A stretch of 63,949 nt of DNA, the filler included, from Octopus bimaculoides (lineage: Eukaryota): the NCBI RefSeq assembly GCF_001194135.2. It is 6 parts of 6 records of this genome, joined end to end, with 100 filler letters (N's around TTAATTAATTAA, not from the genome) between each part and the next. Parts side by side here need not be neighbours in the genome. Positions count along the whole stretch, not along the records: positions 38,867 to 58,188 come from NC_068984.1; 5 more parts are not named here. The stretch is one strand, 5' to 3'. Position 1 is the stretch's first letter, and every line of letters starts with the position of its first letter. The position numbers were made by a program, and so were the translations under genes. Positions 39,251 through 51,763 of this stretch are shown here, in pieces. Below the pieces are notes generated by a model that was given only the letters and a program-made list of their open reading frames with translations, did no database searches and was not told where the DNA came from.

Positions 39251-39995
39251 AGTCTTGCCAACTGTTATAAATTTCTTAAGTGTTACTTCTTGTGAGCTAA
39301 CTAATATTATAGTGAAAGGATGTTTATTCAAAAAGTATATACCTATCTCTGCCTTCCATCGACAATTTAAAAATCTCACACGAAGATACATTGAAGATAT
39401 TGTAAATCACATATTGTAAGTCTTAATATGATAAAATACGGTTAAAATTAGAGGTATCATGTAAAAAATAATAATAAATAAATAAATAAGTGTTTGCCAT
39501 ACATAAATAAGTATTTGGTTAATACCAACATTATGGTAAGGTTTTGGTGAATTTATTTATATAGCAGAAAGTTCTCAAAGTGTCTGCATTTATTGAAGAT
39601 CTTTTATCTGACATATAGATGGCCATACCGAATTATCAAAATTCATCATAAGTATTAAATTATTCTTAGCACAACATAAGATGCAATTTTAAATTTCATT
39701 TCTCTATGGCTTACATCATTTAACGATTTTCTATTTATTCTGACTGCAGTGTTGCATTATTTTAACGCATTGACATCGTTGTATAATTTGTTTAGGGCTG
39801 CTTTTCTGTATCTGTGAAAATAGAAGTATGTTTAGAATAATCTTTGCTTTAATTTCCCAAGGTGAACATCACTGTATATTTCAACAACTTTGGTACAGTT
39901 TTATTTTTTTCTATTGCCATCCTAAGTATATTGCAGTGTGATTACTTTCTTTAAGTTATACATATGTAGAGTTTACCAGTAATAATTGCACATAC

Positions 39996-40038
<43 letters not shown>

Positions 40039-40042
<4 letters not shown>

Positions 40043-40886
40043 AGCTGACGTACCCGGTAATTCCCGGGAAAGCGGGGCTTATCCTTTGTTTCCGTTCTCA
40101 TAAATGTTTCACTAATCCAATAACAATACAAAGTATGTAGCTCTTATAACGGTTTTTGTGCATTTACAGAGAATACCGAACTGTCTTACACAGGATCTTG
40201 TTTTTAGGAATTCCTAATAAGTTATGAATACCCAAATTGTGAGGTCAGTTATGTAATAACATGAAATTAGCTACCCGATAGTAAGAATTCAGATAAAGTA
40301 ACCCCGAAAAGGGCTTTAATGCGTTCCCAGAGTATATAGAACTTAAGAGGAAATACTAATAGGGTATGTTTACTAAAATCGTGAAGCATGTTACGCAATA
40401 ACAGGCTAATCAAATATGAGATAATAACAGTTCAATGTAAATAACTCTGAAAAGAGCTGTTGTGCGTTCCCAGAGTATATTACCCTCATCGGCGCTAGTG
40501 TTGGTATATTTGTGAATAAGTCACTAACCAAAATAAGTGGATCTAATGTTTAGGAAAATACTATTTACTTGTTTAAGGGTTGTACTAGATAAATTGCGAA
40601 AATAACTCTAATAATTCAAATACTAAGAAATAAACATACTCAATTTGATTTATACCAAATAATTTAAGAAAATGAATGGGTTATTTGCCTTGGCTATATA
40701 TAAGGGTCCCTTCCAGGGGCCCTATTATCGACTTTTCAACAATCTGTGTATGCCATGAAGTTTCCAGACATAGGTTCTACTCACGTCTCAAGTTTCATCA
40801 AAATCGATAAAACGATACAGGAGGAGTTAGCTAACAATTCCAGAAACACAACAACAGACAGAATTCCCCACAAATGTAGTATACAT
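40039..40886 (+). mobile_element. Non-autonomous Helitron-like element inserted in (TA)n
   Basis: 5' CAGCTGACGTACCCGG-TAATT-CCCGGG; 3' CAAGTTTCATCAAAATCG...ACAACAGACAG...TAGTATACAT; internal GCGTTCCCAGAGTATAT duplication. Confidence 0.6.
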
Positions 40887-40887
40887 G

Positions 40888-40924
<37 letters not shown>

Positions 40925-41445
40925 NNNNNNNNNNNNNNNNNNNNNNNNNNNNNNNNNNNNNNNNNNNNNNNNNNNNNNNNNNNNNNNNNNNNNNNNNNNN
41001 NNNNNNNNNNNNNNNNNNNNNNNNNNNNNNNNNNNNNNNNNNNNNNNNNNNNNNNNNNNNNNNNNNNNNNNNNNNNNNNNNNNNNNNNNNNNNNNNNNNN
41101 NNNNNNNNNNNNNNNNNNNNNNNNNNNNNNNNNNNNNNNNNNNNNNNNNNNNNNNNNNNNNNNNNNNNNNNNNNNNNNNNNNNNNNNNNNNNNNNNNNNN
41201 NNNNNNNNNNNNNNNNNNNNNNNNNNNNNNNNNNNNNNNNNNNNNNNNNNNNNNNNNNNNNNNNNNNNNNNNNNNNNNNNNNNNNNNNNNNNNNNNNNNN
41301 NNNNNNNNNNNNNNNNNNNNNNNNNNNNNNNNNNNNNNNNNNNNNNNNNNNNNNNNNNNNNNNNNNNNNNNNNNNNNNNNNNNNNNNNNNNNNNNNNNNN
41401 NNNNNNNNNNNNNNNNNNNNNNNNNNNNNNNNNNNNNNNNNNNNN

Positions 41446-41504
<59 letters not shown>

Positions 41505-41599
41505 ACACACACACACATAATACATACATACATACACACATGTGTGTGTGTACACACACACACACATACATACATACATACAGGATAAAAAAGGATAAA

Positions 41600-41836
41600 A
41601 ATTCCTTTCTGCGTCATATTGGCTCATAGGGCTGATTTCTCGGTTTCTATGGACCATATTATCCCACTGGACATTAAGCTAGTCCTACGCAGGATTACTC
41701 ATGTTTGCCACCTGAGTGGACTAGAGCAACGTAAAATAAAGTGTTTTTCTCAAAAAGACAACGCTCCGCGAGGACCTGGAATCGAAATTACCATCTTGGC
41801 ATCATGAGTTTAACATCCTAACCACTAAACCACACT
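41600..41836 (-). mobile_element. SINE family A (head A2/CORE-like + tail X)
   Basis: Head and centre match 13740-13867; tail GAAACCGAGAAATCAGCCCTATGAGCC matches 50525-50560. Confidence 0.7.
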
Positions 41837-42113
41837 ATAATATATAGCTCACAACACCTTTGAACAAACATCCTTGGAGTAAACAAATCGGCGATTGTCC
41901 AGTCAAAATGGTATAAAAGCCTCTGTTTCAACCAGCATTAATATACTAAAGGGTGTAAGACAAAAGAGAAAGCAGCTGAAAATATACCGCGTGCACTTCT
42001 CATATTTGCAACACCTGCGGGCATCTTTGCAAATCGATGGCGGGACTGAAATGTCTCATTCAGTACAACCATTGTTACAGACAAAGAAAGTGTACGTTGA
42101 AAGTGATGGGAGA

Positions 42114-42187
<74 letters not shown>

Positions 42188-43130
42188 NNNNNNNNNNNNN
42201 NNNNNNNNNNNNNNNNNNNNNNNNNNNNNNNNNNNNNNNNNNNNNNNNNNNNNNNNNNNNNNNNNNNNNNNNNNNNNNNNNNNNNNNNNNNNNNNNNNNN
42301 NNNNNNNNNNNNNNNNNNNNNNNNNNNNNNNNNNNNNNNNNNNNNNNNNNNNNNNNNNNNNNNNNNNNNNNNNNNNNNNNNNNNNNNNNNNNNNNNNNNN
42401 NNNNNNNNNNNNNNNNNNNNNNNNNNNNNNNNNNNNNNNNNNNNNNNNNNNNNNNNNNNNNNNNNNNNNNNNNNNNNNNNNNNNNNNNNNNNNNNNNNNN
42501 NNNNNNNNNNNNNNNNNNNNNNNNNNNNNNNNNNNNNNNNNNNNNNNNNNNNNNNNNNNNNNNNNNNNNNNNNNNNNNNNNNNNNNNNNNNNNNNNNNNN
42601 NNNNNNNNNNNNNNNNNNNNNNNNNNNNNNNNNNNNNNNNNNNNNNNNNNNNNNNNNNNNNNNNNNNNNNNNNNNNNNNNNNNNNNNNNNNNNNNNNNNN
42701 NNNNNNNNNNNNNNNNNNNNNNNNNNNNNNNNNNNNNNNNNNNNNNNNNNNNNNNNNNNNNNNNNNNNNNNNNNNNNNNNNNNNNNNNNNNNNNNNNNNN
42801 NNNNNNNNNNNNNNNNNNNNNNNNNNNNNNNNNNNNNNNNNNNNNNNNNNNNNNNNNNNNNNNNNNNNNNNNNNNNNNNNNNNNNNNNNNNNNNNNNNNN
42901 NNNNNNNNNNNNNNNNNNNNNNNNNNNNNNNNNNNNNNNNNNNNNNNNNNNNNNNNNNNNNNNNNNNNNNNNNNNNNNNNNNNNNNTAATTCAGTTGTAT
43001 TCACTCGACAAAAACGGTTTTCTGATGATGTAATGTCTCCATTGATCAATTAAAAAACTCGTTAGAAACAGCTGTAGTGTATTGTCACATTATCCATCTG
43101 TTGTTATTATGTATACATATATGTATATGT

Positions 43131-43190
<60 letters not shown>

Positions 43191-43271
43191 TTAACAAAAA
43201 AAGAATGACACCTCGATATTAGAGAAATAGAAGATTATTTATATACGTTATAAATTAGAACACACAATAAA

Positions 43272-43432
43272 AGGTTGTCATTATAGTACTTGGAGTTTCG
43301 AATGCAGGGGCGGAGAGCTAGGATACATTCGTGTCAGCTATTAACGACAACCATTGCCATTAACAGACGACGAGAATGTATCGTACCTCTTCGCTCCGGC
43401 ATCCGAAACTCCGAGTACTATAATGATAACCT
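43272..43432. other. About 160-bp imperfect foldback (long hairpin)
   Basis: AGGTTGTCATTATAGTACT/AGTACTATAATGATAACCT, GGAGTTTCGAATGC/GCATCCGAAACTCC, GGGGCGGAGAG/CTCTTCGCTCC, GATACATTC/GAATGTATC. Confidence 0.85.
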
Positions 43433-43452
43433 ATTACTGTTTGTTCTAATTT

Positions 43453-43492
<40 letters not shown>

Positions 43493-43493
43493 C

Positions 43494-43541
<48 letters not shown>

Positions 43542-43693
43542 GCATGTATGCATGTATATATGTATGCACATTTTCACACACACCTTATCATATACTGAAT
43601 ATAAAACATGTTATCATACGAATAAGGACCCAAAACGAAGTCACGTTCAACTCTCATTTTCCAATAATGATATACACTTAACAATATTTAAAT

Positions 43694-43736
43694 CTGCATA
43701 TATTTGGAGTTAGGGCATAACTCTAAATATATGCAG
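43694..43736. other. 19-bp stem hairpin with 5-nt loop
   Basis: CTGCATATATTTGGAGTTA-GGGCA-TAACTCTAAATATATGCAG, one G.T pair. Confidence 0.8.
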
Positions 43737-43761
43737 CGTTGAAAGACGCCTCATAAAATGT

Positions 43762-43973
43762 AAGTAATCAGAAAACAGATTATTGATATTTCGAGTCCTT
43801 TATTCGATCGTTTCAATTTTCTTATAAAACTCTGAAATTTTATATTTTTGTAATATAACAATTTCATTTTTCATAATATTATATATTTATAAGCATTTTT
43901 CGAAAATTGTCGAATTATAAAATATCATACTGAAGGACTCGAAATATTAACAATCTGTTTACTGTGACTACTT
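43762..43973. mobile_element. MITE-like element with about 40-bp terminal inverted repeats and AT-rich interior
   Basis: AAACAGATTATTGATATTTCGAGTCCTT versus AAGGACTCGAAATATTAACAATCTGTTT. Confidence 0.65.
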
Positions 43974-44185
43974 CAATTTAAGATACATATATGTATGCAT
44001 GTGTGTGTGTGTATGTCTGTGTGTAGGAGTGTATAATCAGTATATGTTGCCATGTTACCGCTTAAAAGCGGGAACGACTTTTTACTGTCAAACGAATTCT
44101 AAAGTGAAGAGAACTAGACTAGTCTTGCAAGAATTATCTTAAATAATTACAACGCACACAAACACATACACTTACACACACACAC

Positions 44186-44229
<44 letters not shown>

Positions 44230-44719
44230 CGTACATATCTTTCGACTACATTTTATAACGTCTCTATGTAACTCTATAACGCTATTAATACACGTCATTA
44301 TCTACCTTCTTTCTCGTTAAGTCTCTCTTCTCTCAATCAGTTTCCTGTTTTCATTCTTATTCTCACAGTATTCTTCTAACACACACAAACGCATAAATAC
44401 AACACTCCTTTAATACACACATCTACACACTTACACACAAACACGCACACTCACATACACATTCGTTTATACGCAAACACATACACAATCTTTTTATATT
44501 CTTCTATCTTTCTCTTTGTGTCTACTCCTCGCCTACGTCCCCGACTTCAGCTTCTTTATTCCATTCACAGTTTAAAAAGAAACATTAGGAATATCTTTCA
44601 CGGTTGACGTCTCTAGATAATATCTAAAATATCTTAATCTACTTGGTAATACAATGAGAATTTTTGCCGTGTATTGATAACAAACATCGTAGTTTAAATC
44701 GTTGCTGTTGTTGTCGTTG

Positions 44720-46130
44720 TTGTTAGGCCCAGATCAACTTTGATCAATCAGAACTACGATCAAAGGCGTTCCAACCGTGATCATCTCGTCTTTTACTCCG
44801 ACAACATTATCTGACATAGAAATAATACGTTTCTAAATCTCTCAGAGAGATTTATGCAGTAGCAGCACGGACTGGTGATGAGTAATTGACTCTGAAACTA
44901 GTCTCTGGATGCAAGCTTTGCTGGGTGGAGGTGCTTGTCTCCACTTTGAAAACATAAGGACAGAGGAAATGTGTGAAGTCCAACAGGAAACGGTATATCC
45001 TAGGGCTAAATAACAGTAGCATTCTTCCTTTCATGGAACTGTCACATTAAGTTGACAACATACTATCACATTATCCGACATAATCCTCCTTTTTTCTTTT
45101 AGACCATAGGTTGAGTTTTGAAGGATATTTAGAGCAATTACATGGGGTACTCTTTTATTCATTTATCATACTTTAAGATGTTGTTTATCCTCAGATTAGC
45201 TCTCATCAGGTAGACCAGTGGTCATAGGCGTCCAGTTCTTGGTCATCCAGTATATGTAAAACTGCTGGGTGTGGTTTAATGGTATTTAGCTTGTATTTCT
45301 AGCATGTGAACTAGACGTGATGGCTCGTTCAAAATTTAAATGAAATTGCTTGGGGGTTTGTTTTAGTGGTAGGTGATAGCCTGCTTCTAAGATAATTGAA
45401 TGACTCTGCAATTCGACTTTCATCATTTCATGAACCAATACAATTCTAACTTTCCATGATTTAAGGTTTCGTATTACGAAGAACAATCCAATTCCATAAA
45501 CCTTCCGTTGTTGAGAATGTTAAGTAAATCCTTGGAACTACTATTAAAGAAGAATTTGAAATAACGATTTCAACTCCTGCTTACTCATGCTTTCAGAAAA
45601 CGGTTGATAAATGAACAAGCTGCAAGAAACAACAGGCAAGCAAATCTCTCTCAAATTACACCCTACCGTCTTTCACTCACAAAAGAATGCATCTGAAAGA
45701 CCAAGATGGTAACTGTAAGATTATCTTTGACCATAAATTTGCTCGATCAGGACGGGTCAGAAGTTAAAAAGCAACAAAATGAAAAGTTACATTGGAAAAT
45801 GTCCTGATTACACTACATCTGAAAATAAAAAGATGGCATGATTTCGTCGTTCAGTTCCGACCTAGCGCTGAACAACAACAATAACAATTTCATAACGATG
45901 AGTCAGTAAGAGGAGTCTCTATCTGGTAATACAAGTTGTTTGAAATAGCAGCCATATTTCCCATAAATAATTTACCGTCCTTCAAAATAACAGAGGATGG
46001 CTGTAGTGGATAATACGATCTTAGATAGGCCCTCTCTGGGTAAGCAGGTGATATGGGGAAAAGTCGCAACGTCTTTATTCATAGCTCTGCCCTATGATGT
46101 TTGGCCTCGGTCTAAACAACAGTAACGACC
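44720..46130. mobile_element. Several fragments of an (AAC)n-tailed repeat family (C), both orientations; also near 100, 18660, 25390, 55165-55345, 55840
   Basis: Recurrent GCTAGAAATAGCAGCCA, CAAATTACACCCTACCGTC, and TTTGATCATAGGTC..GATCAG variants. Confidence 0.5.
44868..44907 (+). ncRNA. Minimal hammerhead-like motif with an A6-to-G core change
   Basis: CGGA-CTGGTGA-T-GAGT(AATTG)ACTC-T-GAAA-CTAG-TC-TCTG; palindromic ACTAGT, GTC triplet, stem I CGGA/TCTG. Confidence 0.4.
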
Positions 46131-46895
46131 TCATAACATATCATTTTTCATTCGACGGTTAAAATGGTGTATGAGCGAAAACAGACTAAACGTTTGACTT
46201 AAAAGGTTCTCTCCTGGAATATGGAAACAAAGCATTGTGTTGTTTATTTTAAGATTAACTTTCATATTGAGAACTACTAGATACTTTGTAAAAGAACCTG
46301 AACAAGTCATCATCTTAGAGTGAAGGATCACCTGTAAATACAGTTATGACTGTAATTAAATTCGCTTAACGTTACTTGATCTCGTGTTCAATCCCATCAC
46401 GCAGCATTTTGAGTAGGTGATTTCTATCATAACTCTGGGTCGACTCAAGATTTGTGATTGCAATTGCGTTGATGGAAATTGTGTGGAATCCTATCGGATG
46501 GACTGTAATTGTACCTATTCTTGGGTGGTTGACTTAATCTGTTACTAGCTTGAACACCACACCCTGAGGCTAGAGTGTATATAATGGAGTTGGCTCTGTT
46601 GCAAATATTCGCATCAGTGCTCCGATTTGAGGGTATCATGAGCATCCTCCCTCCCATTACTTCAATGTCGTACATGTCTCAGTCGTTCTTCAGACGACCA
46701 TGAGCACTATCATACCTGTTCTATGTCATAAAACATGAAGATAAACATTCCCGCAGCTCATAGTTCCGGAGAGAAGCACATATTATATGTGCCCGAATGC
46801 AGGAGGCATTTTTTCAGATGCTCACAATTTCAACTACATAGGTAATGCAATTCATAGAACGTCTGTCGTATCTTTTATTGAAATGGAGTTCACAT

Positions 46896-47284
46896 GTTGT
46901 TGTTGGCACTCCGTCGCTTACGACGTCGAGGGTTCCAGTTGATCCGATCAACGGAACAGCCTGCTCGTGAAATTAACGTGCAAGTGGCTGAGCACTCCAC
47001 AGACACGTGTATCCTTAACGTAGTTCTCAGGGATATTCAGCGTGACACAGAATGTGACAAGGCTGACCCTTTGAATTACAGGCACAGCAGAAACAGGAAG
47101 TAAGAGTGAGAGAAAGTTGTGGTGAAAGAGTACAGCAGGGTTCGCCACCAACCCCTGCCGGAACCTCATGGAGCTTTAGGTGTTTTCGCTCAATAAACAC
47201 TCACAACGCCCGGTCTGAGAATCGAAACCGCGATCCTATGACCGCGAGTCCGCTGCCCTAACCACTGGGCCATTGCGCCTCCAC
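46896..47284 (-). mobile_element. SINE family A (head A1 + tail Y), full length
   Basis: 11-bp TSD GGAGTTCACAT (46885-46895, 47285-47295); tRNA-like head; (AAC)n tail. Confidence 0.92.
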
Positions 47285-48843
47285 GGAGTTCACATATGAC
47301 GGTCTAAAAAAACCATTTCATGATCTTTTCCAGGGGCCATCTGGGTAAAGGATTGCAAACAATTTCGAACAGTTTCTCAACCGGCTGCGCCACACGTTAA
47401 CCGAGTGTTACACAGAGAGATTTTACAGGTGTGATAGCACAACTAGTCAGACGTACCTCAGTTGGTACGAAAAATGCAGAAACCATTTCATAAATAACAA
47501 AATGACGTCTAACTCTTCAGAAATACTACTAGATATCAAATATCAAATATATCGCTAGACGTTGTATATAACTGCGTAGTGGTATCTGTTTATCAAATGT
47601 AGCTACCGCAGCTGAAAACGGATGCATTCTTTCGTATTTATATCTACTTTGAAACAATAGAACGAACGCAAAACAATCATTTACTTACATTAATGATAGC
47701 TTAAATTTCCGATGATAAGTCTAAGTTCGCCACTTAACGCCCATTTTCTTTTCAATTTATTGCATTAAAATTGAATTTATCTTCATCTGAAAAAGGCGGA
47801 AAAGATTGAGTAAGTCACATCCAGAATTACGCGTGTATGTGCGTGCACGTATGTGTGTGTGTGTGTGTGTGCACGTATGCGTGTATATAAGCGCGCGCAT
47901 GTGCATGTGTGTGTGTGTCTGAGTGTGTGTGTGTCTGTCTGTGTGTGCGTGTGTATAAAACCCTAGAGTAATATAAAATATGACAGGCAACGCTCTGATT
48001 TCCATGAATTCTTCATAATGGGAAGGAAGGAAGAAAACAAGAGAGGAACAATTAAACAGGAAATCGATTTATTAGAGAAAGACATTTATGTTGGTAGCAA
48101 CCACAGTTAGCCGCCCTGTTGTCAAACAGTGAGGGGAACAACAATAAAAACTTTTACTGCCAGAATGTAGCGTTATATGACAATCGTATTATTAAAGATA
48201 TGGTGTTGGAAGTGAAAAAATGGCAGACGCATTAAAGCTTTGGGATAAATAGATAAATAAATATATAAATAAATAAATAAATAAATAAATAAATACAGTA
48301 TTACTACAGTATTTGATTTCGTCCAAAGTGTGTTTTTTTTTGTTTATTTTTTGTCCGAATGTTTCTGAGTTTCAATAATATGTACTACTTAAAGGCTAAC
48401 CGCCAATAATAACTAGCTTAAAGTCTTAATAAACAAGTGGTTTTAGCTGCTTTTTAAGATGAAGCTGATTACAACTTCAGAATTATTATTATTATTATTA
48501 TTATCATCGTCATCGTCATCATCAATCCTTATAATTAATATTTTTCTCATTTTTCTTCTTCTTCTCCTTTTCTTCTTCTTCTCCTTTTCTTCTTCTCCTT
48601 TTCTTCTTCTTCTCCTTTTCTTCTTCTTCTTCCTCTTCNNNNNNNNNNNNNNNNNNNNNNNNNNNNNNNNNNNNNNNNNNNNNNNNNNNNNNNNNNNNNN
48701 NNNNNNNNNNNNNNNNNNNNNNNNNNNNNNNNNNNNNNNNNNNNNNNNNNNNNNNNNNNNNNNNNNNNNNNNNNNNNNNNNNNNNNNNNNNNNNNNNNNN
48801 NNNNNNNNNNNNNNNNNNNNNNNNNNNNNNNNNNNNNNNNNNN

Positions 48844-48912
<69 letters not shown>

Positions 48913-48914
<2 letters not shown>

Positions 48915-49350
48915 GCGTCGAGCTGGCAGAATCGTTAGCACGCCGAGCGAAATACTTAGCGGTATTTCGTCTGCCTTTACGTTCCGAGTTCAAATTCTGC
49001 CTAGGTCGACTCTACCTTTCATCCTTTCGAGGTCGATAAATTAAGTAGCAGTGAAACACTGGGGGTCGATATGATTGACTAGTCCCTACCCCATAAATCT
49101 GAGGCCTTTGTGCCTCCAGTAGAAAGGATTATTATTATTGTTGTTGTTGTTAAGGCAGTGAACTGGCAAGATCTTTTACGCGTCTTTTGTGCATTTCTTT
49201 AAGTTCCGAGTTCAAATTCCACTGAGGTCGACTTTGCTGTTCATCTTGCCGAGATTGATTAAAATAAGTACTCTTTGAGCACTGGAGTCGATGTAATCGA
49301 TTAGTTCCGTCTTCCAAAATTTCAGTCCTTGTGCCCATAGTAGAAGAGAT
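48913..49350 (+). mobile_element. Two head-to-tail SINE family M copies between (AAT)n/(ATT)n tracts
   Basis: GAGCTGGCAGAATCGTTAGCACGCC...GAGTTCAAATT..GAGGTCGAC..CCTTTCATCCTTTCGAGGTCGATAAA...GTAGAAAGG(ATT)n, twice. Confidence 0.85.
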
Positions 49351-49612
49351 TATTACCATTATTATCATCATCATCATCACCATCAATATTAAGCCAGTGG
49401 AGATAGACCATTGTCACGCGTTTTGTTAGCCTTCCAGGCTGATAACTTTTTGAAGTACAAAATGCTGCTTAAGCTTTTGAAGATGGAGCACTCCAAGGAA
49501 AATGTAGAACGATAGCACCTCTACGTTATTACTTATCAGTCAAATTTCTGAAAAAAATATTACTTTATAATCTTAAGAAGACATTGGCGCATTTGTTAAT
49601 GTAGGTCTAGAT

Positions 49613-49935
49613 CATAAGTTGTCAAAGTGGGCGCTACCGCCCTTCGGTGGGAGTTGAGACGGTCCAGGTGGATGCTGGTGCCTAAGGGGGTGGTAGAGAA
49701 AAGAAAGGCATTGGGAGGAAGGCAGTGGATTGGGGGACGCTATGAATTTATAATAATATTATTATAGTATTGTATACAAATTATGTAATATTATATCAAA
49801 TATCAAATGATTCATAGTATGTATAAATTAGTTAAATATAGAATATTTATTTACACACAAAAATAGGGGTGGGGCGCTGAGGGTATTATCTGGTTATGAG
49901 GTGGGGTGGTGGCCCAAAAAGTTTGAGAACTTCTT
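49613..49935. mobile_element. hAT/Charlie-type MITE
   Basis: 8-bp TSD GTCTAGAT (49605-49612, 49936-49943), fitting the NTCTAGAN Charlie target; decayed ends CATAAGTTGTCAAA / TTTGAGAACTTCTT. Confidence 0.75.
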
Positions 49936-49989
49936 GTCTAGATAGAGTACGTCTGAAAAGAATGACAATCATAAGCGAAACTGTGGCAA

Positions 49990-50080
49990 GTTCTGGGGTT
50001 GATTCATTCGACTAAAATCCATCAAGGCGGTGCCCAGTATGGCCACAGTCTAATGACTGAAACAAGTAAGAGGTAAAAGG
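49990..50080 (+). mobile_element. SINE family B tail fragment
   Basis: GGGGTTGATTCATTCGACTAAAA..AAGGCGGTGCCCAGTATGGCCACAGTCTAATGACTGAAACAAG. Confidence 0.7.
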
Positions 50081-50487
50081 AAAAAACATATTTCGACCAA
50101 CTCAACTAGAACACCTTTCATGGGAGGTGATTTCTCGATAAAGCCAACATGGAGCTATGCAACAATAGCAAAATATCGGTCAACAAAAATATCGAGATAG
50201 CTGTAATTCTGGTGTGAAATTATCGATCAGTTTTCATTGAGAGGGAGGTAAGATACAGTAAAGGTGATGATAAGAAATGCTGCAGACGGAATACATAGAC
50301 AGAAGTAAGGTTGCCGGATTTGGCAAATTTGATTCCGGTAAATTCAGTCAAGAAATTTAGCAGACTTTCCAAATTTACCTTTTGTGGTTGACTGCCATTG
50401 AGAAAATTTTCAAATTTATTGCCTTCATTGCGAGAAATTTTGCATTATAAGAATTTTTAATAAGGACGGAATTTATTCATAAAAGTC

Positions 50488-50787
50488 TGTTGTTGTTGTT
50501 GCTGTTTGTTACTTCTCGTGCCATGCCTGGCTCATAAGGGCCGGTTTCCCGGTTTCATTGGCGTATAGGTCCCCCACCTTGTCAGGTGAGCTGCTAGATG
50601 CAGGAAGAAAGTGTGAGAGAAAGTTGTAGCGAAAGCGTTAACAAAAGTTCGCCATTACCTTCTGCCGGAGCTGCGTGAAGCTTAAATGTTTCGCCCATAA
50701 ACACACACATCTCCCGGTCTGAGATTAGAATCCGTGATCCCTCGACCGCGAGTCCGCTGCTCTAACCACTAGGCCATGTACCTCCAT
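50488..50787 (-). mobile_element. SINE family A (head A1 + tail X)
   Basis: Head and body match 47095-47284; tail GAAACCGGGAAACCGGCCCTTATGAGCC then (AAC)n. Confidence 0.8.
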
Positions 50788-50917
50788 TTCATAAAAGTTT
50801 GAGCGTGCTTTATTAGACTGGAGTAAAATAATTTCAGACAATGGAGATCCATTCTCATATTTTAATGATTTGTGACTCGTAAGCGTCAGTTTTCGTTTTA
50901 AATTTGTTTTGTTAAAT

Positions 50918-51300
50918 TTTAATCTCCGCCTTCGCGAAGGTGGAGGTATTGTTTTCAGTCGTGTTTGTTTGTTCATCCGAGGACAAGATATCTCAAGAAC
51001 CGCTGGATGGATTCGAATGAAACTTTCAGAGATGTTTGACCTCATGACTGGCACGAACTGATTAGATTTCGAGATCAATCTGATACGGGACAAGGATTCT
51101 GGATTATTTTTCCTGTTCATTACTTAATTTTTGAGAGTAGTCGGCTTCATTTTTAATATTCTCGTTTGTGAGAGCAGTCGTGTTGTTTTTTTTTTGTTTT
51201 TTTTCAGATATTCTCATTTTAAAAATCATCTCGGGCTAATCGTTGAGGGGACGTTGGTGTTACCTTGGCGGAGGTTAGTGATCTCTGAATGCTCTTGTTA
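50918..51300 (+). mobile_element. Helentron-associated non-autonomous element (HINE/DINE-1-like), copy 1
   Basis: 5' palindrome CTCCGCCTTCGCGAAGGTGGAG, (GTTT)n, 3' subterminal GGCGGAGGT plus short stem-loop. Confidence 0.75.
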
Positions 51301-51333
51301 TAATTATATTTCTTTTATATTTATAGGCGCAGG

Positions 51334-51545
51334 GAGGCGGCGAGCTGGCAGAATTGTTATCGCGCCGAGGAAAATGCAGTATTATTCTTCTTTACGTTCT
51401 GTGGTCAAATTCCGCCATGGTTGACTTTCCCTTTCATCCTTTTGGGGTCGATAAAACAAGTACCACTTGAGCACTGAGGGGTCGATGTAATCGACTTACC
51501 CTCTCCCCTCAAATTTCTGACCTTGTTTCAACATTTGAAACAAAT
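51334..51545 (+). mobile_element. SINE family M
   Basis: GGCGGCGAGCTGGCAGAATTG...CCTTTCATCCTTTTGGGGTCGATAAAACAAGTACC; flanked by AGGCGCAGG repeats. Confidence 0.8.
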
Positions 51546-51551
51546 ATTCAC

Positions 51552-51701
51552 AGGCGCAGGTGTGGCTATGTAGCTTAGAAGCTCGCTTTGAAACCACATG
51601 GTCTGGATTCACTTTTGAGCAATTGTCTTCTATTGCCCCAGGCCAACCATACCTTGTGAATGAATTTGGTTGGTAAAAGTTGTGTAAACAAGCTGTATAT
51701 G

Positions 51702-51763
<62 letters not shown>

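Noticed and set aside
46445-46545. EGF-like Cys pattern CDCNCVDGNCVESYRMDCNCTYSW on the plus strand
   Set aside because: The DNA aligns with a decayed family B SINE centre and the frame ends in a stop without splice sites
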